From Scyliorhinus canicula (Eukaryota), in NCBI RefSeq assembly GCF_902713615.1, contig NC_052154.1, positions 66,240,621 to 66,304,620 of the forward strand: a stretch of DNA of 64,000 nucleotides, read 5' to 3'. Both the position numbers and the translations under genes were made by a program. The notes beneath the pieces are model-generated. The model made no database searches. It saw nothing but the letters and a program-made list of their open reading frames with translations, and was not told the DNA's origin. Shown one piece after another: positions 63,130-64,000 of this stretch (positions are counted from its first letter, which is position 1; every line of letters starts with the position of its first letter).

Positions 63130-64000
63130 GTCTTTAAAGAAGTGACTAATAAGACAGATGATGCGTTGCTTTTAATTTTCCAAAATTCTTTAGATTCGAG
63201 GAAAGTTCCATTACATTTGAAGATAGGGATGTAATTCCTTTATTAAAAAAAGGGAGGGTGTTTGAAAGTGGGGAACTACAGGGCAGTTAGCTTAACATTT
63301 TCACAGTGACAGATGTTAGAGCTATTATCAAAGATGTTGTAGCAGGGCCCTTGGATACATTCAAGGTAATCAGGCAGTCAACCTGGTTTTGTGAAAGCGA
63401 AATAGTGTTTAACCAATTTATTGAAGGTGTTTGAAGAAGTAATGAGCACTGGAGATAAAGGTAATGCACTGTACTTGGATTTTCGGAAGCCACATCAAAG
63501 GTTATTGCAGAAAATAAAAGCTCAGGATGTTGCAAATATCTTATTGGCATGGATCACGGTTGGCATTAATAGATCATTTTCTAGTTGGCAAGATGTAACA
63601 AGAGGTGTGCCCCAGGGGTCAGTGCCAAGGCCTCAACTTCATACAATTTATGTGAATGACTTGGTTTGCTGATGACACAAAGGTAGGAAAGTAAGTTGTG
63701 AAGTGGACATAAGGAGGCTGCAAAGGGATACAGATAGGGTAAGTTATTGGCGAAAAATCTGGCAAATGGAATATAGTGTAGATAAATGTGAAGTTGTCCA
63801 TTTTGACAAGAAGAATAAATAAAAAGCATATTATCGAAATGGTGACAGATTGCAGAGATCTAGGTGTTCTAGTGCATGAATCTCAAATGGTGAGTATGCA
63901 GTAACAGCAAGTAATTAGGAAAACTAATAGAATGTTATTGTTGCTGTGAGGGGAATTGAATACAAAAGCAGAGCGGTTATGCTTCAGTCATATAGCATAT
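63130..64000 (+). mobile_element. Degraded CR1 LINE fragment, running off the window
   Basis: YLDFRK, RGVPQGSV, FADDTKVG remnants. An upstream piece of the same type lies at ~60740-61170. Confidence 0.75.

Noticed and set aside
49301-64000. Further atp6v0d1 exons
   Set aside because: I could not find the expected exon 2 peptide (LKLHLQSTDYG-like) by eye; the region is dominated by LINE debris, so exon 2 is probably beyond the window.

Overview
Eukaryotic, repeat-rich vertebrate DNA. The tRNA-derived V-SINEs, CR1/L1/Penelope content and gene sequences point to a cartilaginous fish (shark-like; this is inference). Two host genes are visible, both on +. One is a complete three-coding-exon agouti-related peptide gene (agrp; 31957-32116, 32914-32999, 36008-36196; 144 aa). 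The other is the first coding exon of the V-ATPase d1 subunit (atp6v0d1; 49171-49300). The rest is mostly mobile DNA: two inverted ~5.1-kb copies of one Gypsy LTR retrotransposon (7757-12905 +, 37613-42658 -), a deleted sister Gypsy, a Ty1/copia remnant, solo LTRs, LINE fragments, SINEs, MITEs and satellites. Main finding: the two inverted Gypsy copies have swapped 5-bp target-site duplications and swapped LTR subtypes, and a 25-bp satellite is split into two opposite-facing halves. This indicates that the ~25-kb block carrying agrp was inverted by recombination between the elements, or was flipped in the assembly. Second finding: both Gypsy families lack a tRNA primer-binding site. Each instead has a leader complementary to its own LTR poly(A)-signal segment, with co-varying sequence, suggesting self-priming. 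Coordinates were counted by hand, and boundaries of degraded repeats are approximate.
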